Shown: positions 14,325 to 24,301, counted from the first letter of the stretch. The stretch is 45,472 nt of DNA from Candidatus Fermentibacteraceae bacterium (GCA_021162285.1 JAGGYZ010000329.1:1-45472), one strand, 5' to 3'. Program-made: numbers and translations. Notes: generated by a model not told the origin, from the sequence alone.

Positions 14325-16667
14325 ATGTCTGACAGTTCTGTACTGCAGGTAACTGAAGATCAGGATCTTTCCCGTCTGGAGTTTTTTAGAATTCTGGAAA
14401 TTGTTCAGGGTTATGCAGGTAGTCAGGCCGGAAGGGCTCTTGTGTACAGGCTTCTTCCGTCGGAAAGCAGATCCGGTGCCGGGGTTCTGATGAATGAGAC
14501 TCTGCATGCTTCAGAACTTATCAGTGCAGGTGTGGAACCGCCTGTTTCAAATTTACAGGGCATTATCGAGGCAGTAAGCAATCTTGACAGCGGGGTTGTT
14601 TCTATTGAACCGTTCCGCCTCCGTGCAACAGGTGGAATGCTCCGCGATATGATAGCGTTCTCAGGCAGAGTTAAGAGTGTTTCCGAATCTGTATCGGGAA
14701 TTCTAGACTCTTCTGTAAACAGGATCCCTGTTCTGAAGGATCTTTCCAGACAGCTGCTTCGTATAACCACCCCCGAGGGAGAGCTGGCCGCAGACGCCTC
14801 TCCGCAGCTCAGGAAACTGTCTGGAAGAATACAGAGTCTTCGCTCATCGCTTACATCAAGGCTTTCGAGAATCTCAAGCCGGCTTGCTGGAAAGGGAATT
14901 CTGCGGGACTCTCCTCCAACTGTGAGGTCCGGCAGGTATGTTCTTCCTGTTAACTCAGGAAAAAGAGGGCTTGTAAAGGGTCTGATTCACGACAGATCTG
15001 AAAGCGGGGCAACTCTGTTTATCGAACCTGCAGAGCTGGTTGAAGCGGGGAATGAACTTCAGGAGGCCGTTCTTGATCTTCAGCAGGAAAGAAGAAGAAT
15101 TCTTCGCGAGGCAACTCTGGCGGTAAGGGAGAGACTTGAAGAGATAAGAGAAGGTATTTCCGTACTCAGCGGTCTTGATGCAGTATTCGCCAGAGCCCGT
15201 TATCACACCAGATGCAGCACCGTATTCCCTCAGGAAGGAAGGATGGACCTTCACGATCTGGCGCACCCGCTGTTGTCCCCGGATACAGTGGTAAAAAGCA
15301 GGGTCGTACTGGCACAAGACTGGCGCATTCTGATAATCAGCGGACCCAACGCAGGGGGGAAGAGCGTTCTTCTCAAAGCTCTGTCACTTGCTTCAATCTG
15401 TAGTAGATGCGGGCTCGGTGTTCATGCAGGTTCAGGATCGTCCATGCCGTTTTTCAGCAGGGTGATGGTTTCCATGGGAGACAATCAGTCCATAGACATG
15501 CATCTTAGCACATATTCTGCGCGACTGTCTGAGCAAAAAAACATCCTGCTGTTCGGAAATTCTGAAACACTGGCTGTCATCGATGAACCGGCGGCTGGAA
15601 CAGATCCCGTTACAGGTGCCGCACTGGCAGCTGTTTTTCTTGAAGAACTGGCTGATACTGGTGTGAGGTGTGTGGTAAGTACCCATATGGGGCAGTTAAA
15701 GCTGCTTGCCGGGGAAAAACCGGGGTTTTACAATGCATCCATGTCATTTGATCCGGAGTCTCTTATCCCGGGGTTTAAATTTGTACCGGACATTCCAGGG
15801 GCATCCTGTACCCTCGAAGCTGCTGCCATGGCTGGTTTTCCAGATAAATTACTGGAAAAAGCATCCAGTCTTGCAGGAGATTCTTTCAGTCTTGACAGTC
15901 TTGTTACAAGTCTTCGGGAACTGGAGGAAAAGCGTCAGAGAGAGGTGAAGAAGCTTTCTGAAGACAGAAAACATGCCAGAAAGAGCAGAAAGTATCTGGA
16001 GAAACAGCTTCGGGAGACAAGAGCCGACCTGGAGAAAAAAATGGCTTCAGTAGATGAAGAGAAGAACCGGACACTGAAAAGCATTCAGTCCAGAGCGGAT
16101 TCCCTTCTGGTTTCCATTGCAAACTCCCGGTTACCTGCAGACAGGCGGAAGGCGAGGAAGATGCTCAGTCAGCTCGCCGCCGCGGAAGCTGTTAGCGGAA
16201 AGCCAGCGAAAAATACAGGACCTGAAAAGGGTGTATCAGAGATTCATACAGGTGACAGGGTTATGATTGAAGGATGGTCCATTCCCGGTGTGGTGGAAAA
16301 GGCAGGCCGTTCTACAGCGATGGTCAGAATAGGCTCTGTTCTTGTAAAGAAGAAGTTAAACGGTCTTGTTGTAATTGATACTCCGGAAGAAGAATACTCC
16401 GGCTTTTCTGAATATGAGCTTGTGCAGGAAAGTCCGGAAGCGGACCTTCTTGGAATGACAGTTGAAGAAGCCATTGCCGAACTTGATATAAAGCTGGATA
16501 ATTGTATTGCAGTCGGTCTGAAAAGAATCAGGGTCGTACACGGTAAGGGTCGGCTGATGAAGGGAATAACCGATTGGCTCAGACACGACAGAAGGCTTGA
16601 AAGTGTAACGATTGCTTCGCCTGAAGAAGGTGGAACCGGGGCATCGATAGTAGTACTCAGGGGGTGA
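14325..16667 (+). CDS. mutS2: Endonuclease MutS2 (MutS domain V ATPase + C-terminal Smr)
   Basis: Walker A GPNAGGKSVLLK, Walker B LAVIDEPAAGTDP, a coiled-coil linker and a C-terminal Smr domain (VVHGKGRLMKGITDWL). Confidence 0.9.
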   Translation: MSDSSVLQVTEDQDLSRLEFFRILEIVQGYAGSQAGRALVYRLLPSESRSGAGVLMNETLHASELISAGVEPPVSNLQGIIEAVSNLDSGVVSIEPFRLRATGGMLRDMIAFSGRVKSVSESVSGILDSSVNRIPVLKDLSRQLLRITTPEGELAADASPQLRKLSGRIQSLRSSLTSRLSRISSRLAGKGILRDSPPTVRSGRYVLPVNSGKRGLVKGLIHDRSESGATLFIEPAELVEAGNELQEAVLDLQQERRRILREATLAVRERLEEIREGISVLSGLDAVFARARYHTRCSTVFPQEGRMDLHDLAHPLLSPDTVVKSRVVLAQDWRILIISGPNAGGKSVLLKALSLASICSRCGLGVHAGSGSSMPFFSRVMVSMGDNQSIDMHLSTYSARLSEQKNILLFGNSETLAVIDEPAAGTDPVTGAALAAVFLEELADTGVRCVVSTHMGQLKLLAGEKPGFYNASMSFDPESLIPGFKFVPDIPGASCTLEAAAMAGFPDKLLEKASSLAGDSFSLDSLVTSLRELEEKRQREVKKLSEDRKHARKSRKYLEKQLRETRADLEKKMASVDEEKNRTLKSIQSRADSLLVSIANSRLPADRRKARKMLSQLAAAEAVSGKPAKNTGPEKGVSEIHTGDRVMIEGWSIPGVVEKAGRSTAMVRIGSVLVKKKLNGLVVIDTPEEEYSGFSEYELVQESPEADLLGMTVEEAIAELDIKLDNCIAVGLKRIRVVHGKGRLMKGITDWLRHDRRLESVTIASPEEGGTGASIVVLRG

Positions 16668-18376
16668 ATCTTGTGTCTTACGACGGCAGCGAGGTAGAAC
16701 TGGTCAAAAATTCTACAGATATAGTGTCAGTTATCCAGCAGTATGTGGAATTAAAGAGAGCAGGTAACTCGTGGAAAGGGTTGTGTCCCTTTCACAAAGA
16801 GAAAACCCCCAGTTTTATCGTTTTCCCGGCAACCGGAACATACAAATGCTTCGGGTGCGGCGCAGGTGGAGATGTGTTCAGTTTTCTTATGGCCGAGAAA
16901 AACCTGGAGTTTCCGGAAGTTCTGGAGGAGCTGGCAGAAGCCGCCGGTATTACACTGAAAAAAGGTTCAGGGGGCGGCAGGGTGTCTGCCGGTTTGTCAA
17001 AGGGTCTTTTTGAAGTAGTTGCTGAGGCTCAGGAGTTTTTCAGAAAGTGTTTTGCAGGAACCGACGGAAACACCGCCAGAGATTACCTGAAAAGCAGAGA
17101 CATAGATCCTGAAGAAACTGGAATAGGAATAGGTTATGCACCAGGCGGAAACGCCCTGCTCAAGCATCTTCGCAGGCTTAATTATTCTGTTTCAGTTATT
17201 GGTGACGCTGGTCTGGTTATTACCGACAGAGGAGAACCCTATGACCGTTTCAGAGAACGGCTGACCTTTCCCATCCACGACAGGAGGGGAAGGGTTGTTT
17301 CATTTGGGGCAAGGAGTATGGGAGATGCTGTTCCAAAGTACCTTAATGGTCCGGAAACGGTCATTTACAGGAAAGGTTCCTTTCTGTACGGCTACAGCAG
17401 TGCACAGGAAAAGGCAAGGCAATCAAAGATCGCTATTCTTGTTGAAGGCTACTTTGACCACGCAAGACTTGTCTCCGTGGGATTTTCCGAAACAGTAGCA
17501 ACCAGCGGAACTGCTCTCACAGAGAAGCAGGCAAGGAATCTTATGGGAATGGCTGAAAAACACTACATCTGTTACGATGGAGATTCTGCAGGCAGGAAAG
17601 CTGCTGTAAAGGCAGCCGAGATACTGCTGGCCCAGGGTGCATATCCGCTTGTGGTCAGGCTGCCTGACGGTATGGATCCCGACGATTTTGTAAAGAATCG
17701 AGGCAGGGAAGCGTTTGAGGAGCTTCTTCGCTCGGCGTATGATCCTGTTTCATTCTGTGTGTCTCTGATAGATGGTAAACTTACCGAAGGGCCTGACAGA
17801 ATAAGGCTGGCAGAACGACTTCTTGAAGTAGCGGTTTCTTCTTCCAATCCACTGGTGGAAGAAGAACTTCAGAAGAAAGTTGAGGAATCTACCGGCTATT
17901 CCAGAGAAGCTCTTACGAAGAAGAGTAATGAGATCAGGAGTTTTGAAGAGCACACCAGGTACGTCAGGAATAAAGCAGGTAATATCGGAAGTGGAGACAT
18001 CATTGTACTGAAGGTTGCCACAGCCGGAGGGGTTTACAATACCGATTTTTTAGACTTCCTCATGGCTGGGGATTTGACAACAGAGCTGGCTGTCAGGCTT
18101 TTAAGTGTATTCAGGGGCCAGATTGCCAGGGGTTTTTCATCTGTTGTTCCAGGTGAGCTTCCGGAGGATCTGTCTGCCCTGTGTGCAGACATTGCAGGAG
18201 CGCTGCAAGATGTTACACCACAAGAGATTCAGAAGTTGAAGAAAGATATTATAAGGAAAAGGAGAGAGCTTCCCCGGCTAAGAGAATTGCAGGAAGATCT
18301 TGCAGGTTCAGATCCGGAACGTAAAGCAATTGCTCTGGAGGAATTTGCTGATATGAGAGTGGAAGATGAACGGTAA
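16664..18376 (+). CDS. dnaG: DNA primase
   Basis: GTG start overlapping the mutS2 stop (GTGA). Zinc finger CPFHKEKTPSF..CFGCGAGGD; TOPRIM motifs ILVEGYFD and YDGDSAGRKA. Confidence 0.92.
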   Translation: MNLVSYDGSEVELVKNSTDIVSVIQQYVELKRAGNSWKGLCPFHKEKTPSFIVFPATGTYKCFGCGAGGDVFSFLMAEKNLEFPEVLEELAEAAGITLKKGSGGGRVSAGLSKGLFEVVAEAQEFFRKCFAGTDGNTARDYLKSRDIDPEETGIGIGYAPGGNALLKHLRRLNYSVSVIGDAGLVITDRGEPYDRFRERLTFPIHDRRGRVVSFGARSMGDAVPKYLNGPETVIYRKGSFLYGYSSAQEKARQSKIAILVEGYFDHARLVSVGFSETVATSGTALTEKQARNLMGMAEKHYICYDGDSAGRKAAVKAAEILLAQGAYPLVVRLPDGMDPDDFVKNRGREAFEELLRSAYDPVSFCVSLIDGKLTEGPDRIRLAERLLEVAVSSSNPLVEEELQKKVEESTGYSREALTKKSNEIRSFEEHTRYVRNKAGNIGSGDIIVLKVATAGGVYNTDFLDFLMAGDLTTELAVRLLSVFRGQIARGFSSVVPGELPEDLSALCADIAGALQDVTPQEIQKLKKDIIRKRRELPRLRELQEDLAGSDPERKAIALEEFADMRVEDER

Positions 18377-19346
18377 AAGACAGATTGCAATCGATACAAG
18401 AAATAAATTCAGTTCTGTGGTGGACACAACCGATGTGTCAACACGGGAAAGAAGATCACAGCTGGCGGAAACAATAAACAGTACCAGGCTGAAGCTTCTG
18501 AAGCTTATGGACATGGAGTCGGAATACACCGGTAGAGCAGACTGGACAGATGTGCAGAAGAAACTGTGGCAGAAACTGAAAAAAGTCACAGATCCTGCGC
18601 TGAGAGAGGAAGTCAACAACAGTATAGACATCCTTCTTGATGCTGAGGCAGAGCTTGTAGAAGGTAATCTCCGGCTTGTGCTTATCGTTGTCAGAAGGTA
18701 CACAAAAGGAAGCACAGGGGCTCTGGAGGAAATGGATTTTGTTCAGGAGGGATGTGTAGGTCTTCTGGATGCTGTAAGGAGGTTTGACTTTTCGGGAAGC
18801 AGAGGTTTCATAAGCTACGCATTGATCCGTATCAGAAAAAAAGTACTCCTGGCACTGGAGAGGCAGCACAGACTGGTGCGGGTGCCTGCTAATGTTATCA
18901 GAAAAGGGAGGTACCTCCGGGAGGTAATTGACGATTTTGCCGCGGCTGAAGGGAGGTATCCGGCGCCTCATGAAATAGAGATGGAGACCGGCGGAAAGAT
19001 GGACTGGTCAATTCTGCTGAGCCTCTCTGAGGTTGTCGATTCAATACACAGTCCTGTTGGAGAAAAAGGGCTTGTTCTGGAAGAACTGCTGGCTGCAGAT
19101 GTTCCGAACCCTGCAACAGTTCCTCTTAGCGAACTGGTGGAAGATGCATTGAAAAAGCTGGACGGAAGAGCAAAGTTTATTATTGTAATGCGCTACGGGC
19201 TGCTTGACGGCAGTGCCCACAGGCTGGCAGAAATTGCAGAGGTTCTCGGGCTATCTGTGGAAAGGACGAGACAGATTGAGAAGGCTTCCATTAAGGTACT
19301 TCGCGAAGGTTTCCGCGATTTTGATGTTGCTGAGTGGCTGCAGTGA
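18366..19346 (+). CDS. Sigma-70 family RNA polymerase sigma factor (regions 2-4; short and divergent) in the rpoD position after dnaG
   Basis: Region 2.1 LVEGNLRLVLIVVRRY; region 2.2-2.4 FVQEGCVGLLDAVRRFD..GFISYALIRIRKKV; region 3 HSPVGEKGLVLEELL; region 4.2 LAEIAEVLGLSVERTRQIEKASIKVLR. It overlaps the dnaG end by 11 nt. Confidence 0.88.
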   Translation: MNGKRQIAIDTRNKFSSVVDTTDVSTRERRSQLAETINSTRLKLLKLMDMESEYTGRADWTDVQKKLWQKLKKVTDPALREEVNNSIDILLDAEAELVEGNLRLVLIVVRRYTKGSTGALEEMDFVQEGCVGLLDAVRRFDFSGSRGFISYALIRIRKKVLLALERQHRLVRVPANVIRKGRYLREVIDDFAAAEGRYPAPHEIEMETGGKMDWSILLSLSEVVDSIHSPVGEKGLVLEELLAADVPNPATVPLSELVEDALKKLDGRAKFIIVMRYGLLDGSAHRLAEIAEVLGLSVERTRQIEKASIKVLREGFRDFDVAEWLQ

Positions 19347-20124
19347 AGAAAACGTACCTTCACAGGAACTCATTGACGGCAGCGGGAATACCGATACGGC
19401 AGCGGTTGTGTTTGGACCGTCACTCACCGAGATGTTTTTTGTATCGGGAGCATGGAACAGAGTCGTCGGTGTAGACCGGTTTTCCACATGGCCACCGGAG
19501 GCACTGGGGCTTGCTGTGATTGGAGATTTCCTCACTCCTTCAATGGAGATGATAACTGCACTGGAAGCAACTTCTATACATGTAGTAGGAACCAATCAGT
19601 CTTTGAAGAGTTTGTCTGTGCGTCTTGGTATTCCTTACTATCAGTATTCTTTTGACAGGCTTTCGGATGTGTATGATTCGTGTGACAGAATTGAACGCCT
19701 GTATCCCGAGGCTGACTTCGGCGGTTTCAGAGAGAGGATAGATACAACGCTTGATTCTCTTCACACAATTTTCGTGCAGGATTCTCTTCGGGTAATGATC
19801 GTTGTATTTCTCGACGCAGACGGTTCAGTATCAGTGGCAGGAGAAGGAACCTTTTTTGCCGATATCATAAGCGGTATGGGCTGCGTGACAGCCGCTCCTG
19901 AAGCAGGCAGTTATCCGGCGGTGTCCGTAGAGGGCATAATGTCTTTGGCCCCTGACCGTATTGTTATTATGGACCCCTACAATGCCGGTGAGGCGAACCT
20001 TGACCTTTGGAGAGGAAGTGGGCTTAATGACTCCAATGTTCGTGTTCTTTCCGGTGACTATGTACTTGTTCCCGGGGCCAGACTGCATGAGCTTGTTGTT
20101 GGAATTGCACAGTGCCTGAACTGA
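19276..20124 (+). CDS. ABC transporter substrate-binding lipoprotein (Peripla_BP_2; BtuF/FecB-like, iron-siderophore or cobalamin class)
   Basis: An in-frame TTG at 19276 (AAGGA 9 nt upstream) gives the signal peptide MRRLPLRYFAKVSAILMLLSGC. The ATG at 19324 leaves only MLLSGC, and the ATG at 19204 gives a 45-aa leader. Body motifs: VVGVDRFSTWPPEA..VIGDF..EMITAL. The start codon is uncertain. Confidence 0.75.
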   Translation: MRRLPLRYFAKVSAILMLLSGCSEENVPSQELIDGSGNTDTAAVVFGPSLTEMFFVSGAWNRVVGVDRFSTWPPEALGLAVIGDFLTPSMEMITALEATSIHVVGTNQSLKSLSVRLGIPYYQYSFDRLSDVYDSCDRIERLYPEADFGGFRERIDTTLDSLHTIFVQDSLRVMIVVFLDADGSVSVAGEGTFFADIISGMGCVTAAPEAGSYPAVSVEGIMSLAPDRIVIMDPYNAGEANLDLWRGSGLNDSNVRVLSGDYVLVPGARLHELVVGIAQCLN

Positions 20125-20900
20125 CAATAAAAGATCTGAGCGTAGGTTACACAGCAGATTCCACTGCAGTTTCCGGTGTATCGATGAAAATTACAGAGGG
20201 AAGTGTAACTGCAGTAATCGGGCCTAACGGCAGTGGAAAGAGTACTTTTCTTAAAGGTATTCTCTCCTTTCCTGGAATTCACAGCTCGGGGCTGGTTAAT
20301 CTGGATTCTGTTGATGTTCGATCTATGAAAAGAACCGAAAGGGCTCGGAGAATTGCTTACCTTCCCCAGTCTCCGCTTGTTCCAGCAGGGCTGACAGCGA
20401 TAGAAACAGTTCTTCTGGGAAGATTTCCCCACAGAAGCGCGTGGTCAAATGACTCCGGGAAGGATGTAGAAATAGCTCAAGAAGCGCTGGAGATGGTGGG
20501 AGCAGGTCATCTGTCGCAGAAGTTTACAGATGAGATGTCCGGTGGGGAGAACCGCCTGGTTAATCTTGCCGCTGTTCTTTCCCAGAAAACCGATGTTATT
20601 CTTCTTGACGAGCCGGGTTCATCTCTGGATTATGGTCATGCTGCACAGCTGTGGAAACTGCTTTCTGATCTGGCAGCAAAGGGAATAATCATTCTGGCCA
20701 CAACCCACAGAATTGAGATGTCCGGCAACGCATTTGACAAAGTTATGCTTCTTTCTGAAGGCATATCTCTTGCCTTTGGAGAACCTGAAGGGGTGTTCAG
20801 CTCCGGTGATCTTCTTTCCACGGTGTACAACACCCCGATTGAAGTAAAGCGAAGTTCACCTCACGGCGGCTGGATTGTTTTTCCAGGCGGTTCATCATGA
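20112..20900 (+). CDS. ABC transporter ATP-binding protein (FepC/BtuD-like)
   Basis: GTG start overlapping the preceding gene. Walker A GPNGSGKST, signature MSGGENRL, Walker B ILLDEPGSSLD, H-loop TTH. Confidence 0.9.
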   Translation: MPELTIKDLSVGYTADSTAVSGVSMKITEGSVTAVIGPNGSGKSTFLKGILSFPGIHSSGLVNLDSVDVRSMKRTERARRIAYLPQSPLVPAGLTAIETVLLGRFPHRSAWSNDSGKDVEIAQEALEMVGAGHLSQKFTDEMSGGENRLVNLAAVLSQKTDVILLDEPGSSLDYGHAAQLWKLLSDLAAKGIIILATTHRIEMSGNAFDKVMLLSEGISLAFGEPEGVFSSGDLLSTVYNTPIEVKRSSPHGGWIVFPGGSS

Positions 20901-21829
20901 AAAGAACACTTGAAGTTCTGCTGGTTCTTGCCGTTCTGGGAATTTTGCTGTCTCTGATCACAGGACCACTTGGCTGGAGAGCTCCCACCCGTGTGATATT
21001 GTATCTGAGACTTCCAAGAATTCTTCTTGCAATTACAGCAGGCGCCAGCCTTGCCGTGTCCGGATGTATTCTTCAGGCTGTACTGAGAAATCCTCTGGCT
21101 ACACCCTACACACTGGGAATAAGTGCCGGAGCCGGGGTTACTGCGGGGTTTATCATACTCTCCGGGGTTACTCTGCCTGTATTTCTTGTTTATCTGTCAG
21201 GTACAGCCGGGGCTCTTGCTGCATCAACACTTACCTGGTTTCTAGCCGGCCGTGGCTCCCGGGACCATTCCAGCCTGATTCTGGCCGGAGTAACGGTGAA
21301 CCTTCTCGGAGCCTCTGTTCTGCTTCTGATAGAGTACATGAGTCCGGCGTCCCGTCTGGTGGAAATTGTAAGATGGATGATGGGTGACCTGGCGGTGGCT
21401 GGATACAGGAGAATACTGTTTCTTGTTCCATTCCTGGTGGCTGGAATGATTCCCGCTCTGATGAAAACCGGTACCCTCAACCAGTTTCTTACAGGAACTG
21501 AGGTGGCAGAGTCCCGGGGTGTAAACACAGTTCGTGAAAGGCTGTTTCTTCTTGTTGCAGCTGCAGTTCTTGCAGGCGGAGCAGTCGGAGCAGTGGGGCC
21601 TGTGGGGTTTGTTGGGCTCATCGTTCCGCACACTGTCAGAAGGCTTGCCGGTGGAGACTACAGAAGGCTTCTTCCTCTGTCCGCCCTTGGCGGGGCGGTT
21701 CTGATGATATGGGCGGACATTTTCTCAAGGGTGATCATAACACCGGCAGAACTCCCTATTGGTGTTATTCTGTCCCTTCTTGGCGGACCGTTCTTCCTTT
21801 ATCTGCTGGTAAAGAAACCGATGTTGTAA
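20897..21829 (+). CDS. ABC transporter permease (FecCD/BtuC family)
   Basis: ATGA overlap with the ATPase gene. LRLPRILLAITAGASLAVSGCILQAVLRNPLATPYTLGISAGAG is the characteristic FecCD N-terminal block, and the protein is multi-TM throughout. Confidence 0.9.
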   Translation: MKRTLEVLLVLAVLGILLSLITGPLGWRAPTRVILYLRLPRILLAITAGASLAVSGCILQAVLRNPLATPYTLGISAGAGVTAGFIILSGVTLPVFLVYLSGTAGALAASTLTWFLAGRGSRDHSSLILAGVTVNLLGASVLLLIEYMSPASRLVEIVRWMMGDLAVAGYRRILFLVPFLVAGMIPALMKTGTLNQFLTGTEVAESRGVNTVRERLFLLVAAAVLAGGAVGAVGPVGFVGLIVPHTVRRLAGGDYRRLLPLSALGGAVLMIWADIFSRVIITPAELPIGVILSLLGGPFFLYLLVKKPML

Positions 21830-22077
21830 CTGCGAAATTCTCCTTCTGTTCTTCAGGAAATTACAGAAGTGTTAACATCGGAAAAGTGTCTGTACAGGAA
21901 ACCGGTATGTCAGAGATTGCATCCGTGGAGTGTGTCCCCCATATTGCAGGGACAGATGTAAAACACAGGGAGGATAATGCACACAATACCGGTGGGACGG
22001 TGCTACAGTTTTAACGGTATCTTCAGCGCGTCGGAATACTCCTGGTGTATTGAACAGATTATACGCCGGAACCTGAG

Positions 22078-24288
22078 TTGAGTACCCCCCAGAAGGAAAG
22101 TGCTGCAAAGTTTGGAACCTTTCTCGGCGTTTACACGCCCAGTGTTCTGACAATACTGGGTCTTGTTCTTTACCTGAGGATTGGATGGATTGTTGGAAAC
22201 CTTGGTCTCCCCAAAACAATTCTGATAGTTCTTGTTTCCAGCTCTATTACATTTATCACCGGGTTGAGTGCCTCAGCAATTGCCACAAATATCAAGATCG
22301 GTGTCGGCGGTGAGTACTACATGATCTCACACAGCCTGGGTCTTGAGTTCGGAGGAGCAATCGGCATCCCCCTGTACCTCTGCCGTACCCTGAGCCTGAC
22401 CTTCTACAGCTACGGACTTGCTGAAGGTGTTTCGCTGATGATGACAAACTTGTGGGGACCTCTCCCCGGTTTTGCTGTTCCAGCAATTGCAGCAACCATC
22501 ATAATCGTGGTTACAGCACTATCAGGCAGAAGTGCTTCTCTGGCACTGAAGCTTCAGGTTCCCATAATGATAGCAGTTGTACTTTCCATTGCGGCGCTTG
22601 TTGCAGGTGCTGTTTCTTCCGGTTTCAGGGCACCGGAAATGGTATCCACATACAGAACAGCTCCACACGGTTTGTGGTATGTATTTGCCATTTTCTTTCC
22701 TGCTGTAACCGGCTTCACGGCAGGAATCGGAATGAGTGGCGACCTGAAAGATTCCAGCAGAAGTATTCCAAGGGGAACGCTGCTGGCTGTTCTGACTGGA
22801 ACGGTTATCTATGTTCTTGTTCCCGTTGTGTTTTCTGTAACCAGATCAGTAAGTTTTGAAGCACTGGCACAGCCTGGTGTGAGAGCCTGGACAACAACAG
22901 CTTTTCTCGGGAGCATACTGGTGTTTGCCGGTATGTGGGGGGCAATACTTTCATCTGCATTTGGAAGCATTCTCACAGGACCAAGGGTATTACAGGCACT
23001 TTCGGAAGACGGCCTTGCTCCAGGGTTTCTTTCGCGGCTGTCTGAAAGAGGACAACCTTCAGTTGCCACATGGATTACAGGCATACTGGCTCTTGCTGCA
23101 GTTCTGCTTGGTTCTCTTAATGCAGTCGCACAGTTTGTAACAATTCTGTTTCTTACTCTGTACGTTATCATCAACTTCAGTGCTGCTGTGGAAAAACTTG
23201 TAAGAGATCCTTCCTATCGGCCCACTATAGATGTTCCGTGGTATGTGTCTGTACTGGGATCGCTGGGTGCCGTTGTCGTGATGCTTCTGCTCAACCCTTT
23301 TGCCTGTATGGTCGCCATTGTGATTGAAGTGGGTATCTACATGATACTTCGCAGAAAAGCTTTCAGAAAGAGATGGGGGGATGTCAGGGCAGGTTTCTGG
23401 TTCGCCCTGACCAGATACTCACTTATCAAACTGGAGGATCACCACATAGAACCGAGAAACTGGCGGCCCAACATTACAGTGTTTGCAGAAGAGATAGAAA
23501 AAGAGATCGATCTGGTATACCTTGCAACATGCTTCAACAGGAAAAGAGGAGTTGTAAGTGTCTGCAGGATACTGGAGGGACGACTCAGCAGGGAGAGTCT
23601 CGATATTGATAAAATGGAATCAGTGATGAAGGAAGTGCTGTTCGATCACGGTATTTCAGCCTTCTGTGAGGTAAGTGTTTCACCTGATTTTATTCAGGGT
23701 GCCATTGATGTGGCACAGATCAACGGTGTGGGACATCTGAGGTCAAACACTGTGATGTTCGGATGGCCAAGTGATGATGTGAAGCTTGATCTGATGCTGA
23801 TGATCATGCGAACAATTGCCACCATCGGCAGAAGCACAATAATAACCAAGCTGAGCAACTTGAAAGATCGGGGTTTTTACAGACAGATCGACATCTGGTG
23901 GGGAGGGCTTGAAAACAACGGAGATCTTATGCTGCTGCTGGCTCACCTGCTTCGTCTCAGTCCCATGTGGCACGGAGCGAAGATTGTTCTCAGATCGATA
24001 GTCGACAAATCCAGTGGGAAAGCAGGTGTTGAACAGAGTCTGGCGGATATCATCAGTTCTGTGAGGATAAAAGCGGACGCTGAGGTTATCGTTAACGATT
24101 CCGGGCTTGATCTTGCGGAAATAATAAAAGTCAACAGCGTTCAGGCTGACATTACATTCATGGGATTGATGATACCCGAAAGCGGACATGAGCAGGAGTA
24201 CAGCAGAAAACTCATTGAGCTTTCCGAAGGGCTGGACTCTGTTGTCTTTGTAAGGAATGCAAGCGAATTCTCCGGTAAATTGTTGTAA
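22078..24288 (+). CDS. Cation-chloride cotransporter family protein (APC-fold permease + SLC12-type C-terminal cytoplasmic domain)
   Basis: TTG start. KFGTFLGVYTPSVLTILGLVLYLRIGWIVGNLG is the signature first-TM block of CCC/SLC12 homologues. About 12 TM segments are followed by a ~290-aa soluble C-terminal domain. Confidence 0.8.
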   Translation: MSTPQKESAAKFGTFLGVYTPSVLTILGLVLYLRIGWIVGNLGLPKTILIVLVSSSITFITGLSASAIATNIKIGVGGEYYMISHSLGLEFGGAIGIPLYLCRTLSLTFYSYGLAEGVSLMMTNLWGPLPGFAVPAIAATIIIVVTALSGRSASLALKLQVPIMIAVVLSIAALVAGAVSSGFRAPEMVSTYRTAPHGLWYVFAIFFPAVTGFTAGIGMSGDLKDSSRSIPRGTLLAVLTGTVIYVLVPVVFSVTRSVSFEALAQPGVRAWTTTAFLGSILVFAGMWGAILSSAFGSILTGPRVLQALSEDGLAPGFLSRLSERGQPSVATWITGILALAAVLLGSLNAVAQFVTILFLTLYVIINFSAAVEKLVRDPSYRPTIDVPWYVSVLGSLGAVVVMLLLNPFACMVAIVIEVGIYMILRRKAFRKRWGDVRAGFWFALTRYSLIKLEDHHIEPRNWRPNITVFAEEIEKEIDLVYLATCFNRKRGVVSVCRILEGRLSRESLDIDKMESVMKEVLFDHGISAFCEVSVSPDFIQGAIDVAQINGVGHLRSNTVMFGWPSDDVKLDLMLMIMRTIATIGRSTIITKLSNLKDRGFYRQIDIWWGGLENNGDLMLLLAHLLRLSPMWHGAKIVLRSIVDKSSGKAGVEQSLADIISSVRIKADAEVIVNDSGLDLAEIIKVNSVQADITFMGLMIPESGHEQEYSRKLIELSEGLDSVVFVRNASEFSGKLL

Positions 24289-24301
24289 CTCTATACAGCC
24301 A

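Noticed and set aside
19204-19275. ATG at 19204 as the start of the ABC substrate-binding protein, and a cobalamin riboswitch upstream of the importer
   Set aside because: The 19204 start gives a 45-residue hydrophilic leader before the lipobox Cys, which is implausible. The region upstream of the importer is entirely sigma-factor coding sequence, so there is no room for a riboswitch.
21830-22077. tRNA or known riboswitch in the 248-nt spacer before the CCC transporter
   Set aside because: There is no T-loop (GTTCRANYC) or cloverleaf, and only 4-7 bp hairpins. Nothing matches the riboswitch cores I can recall. It is kept only as a low-interest item to scan with Rfam.
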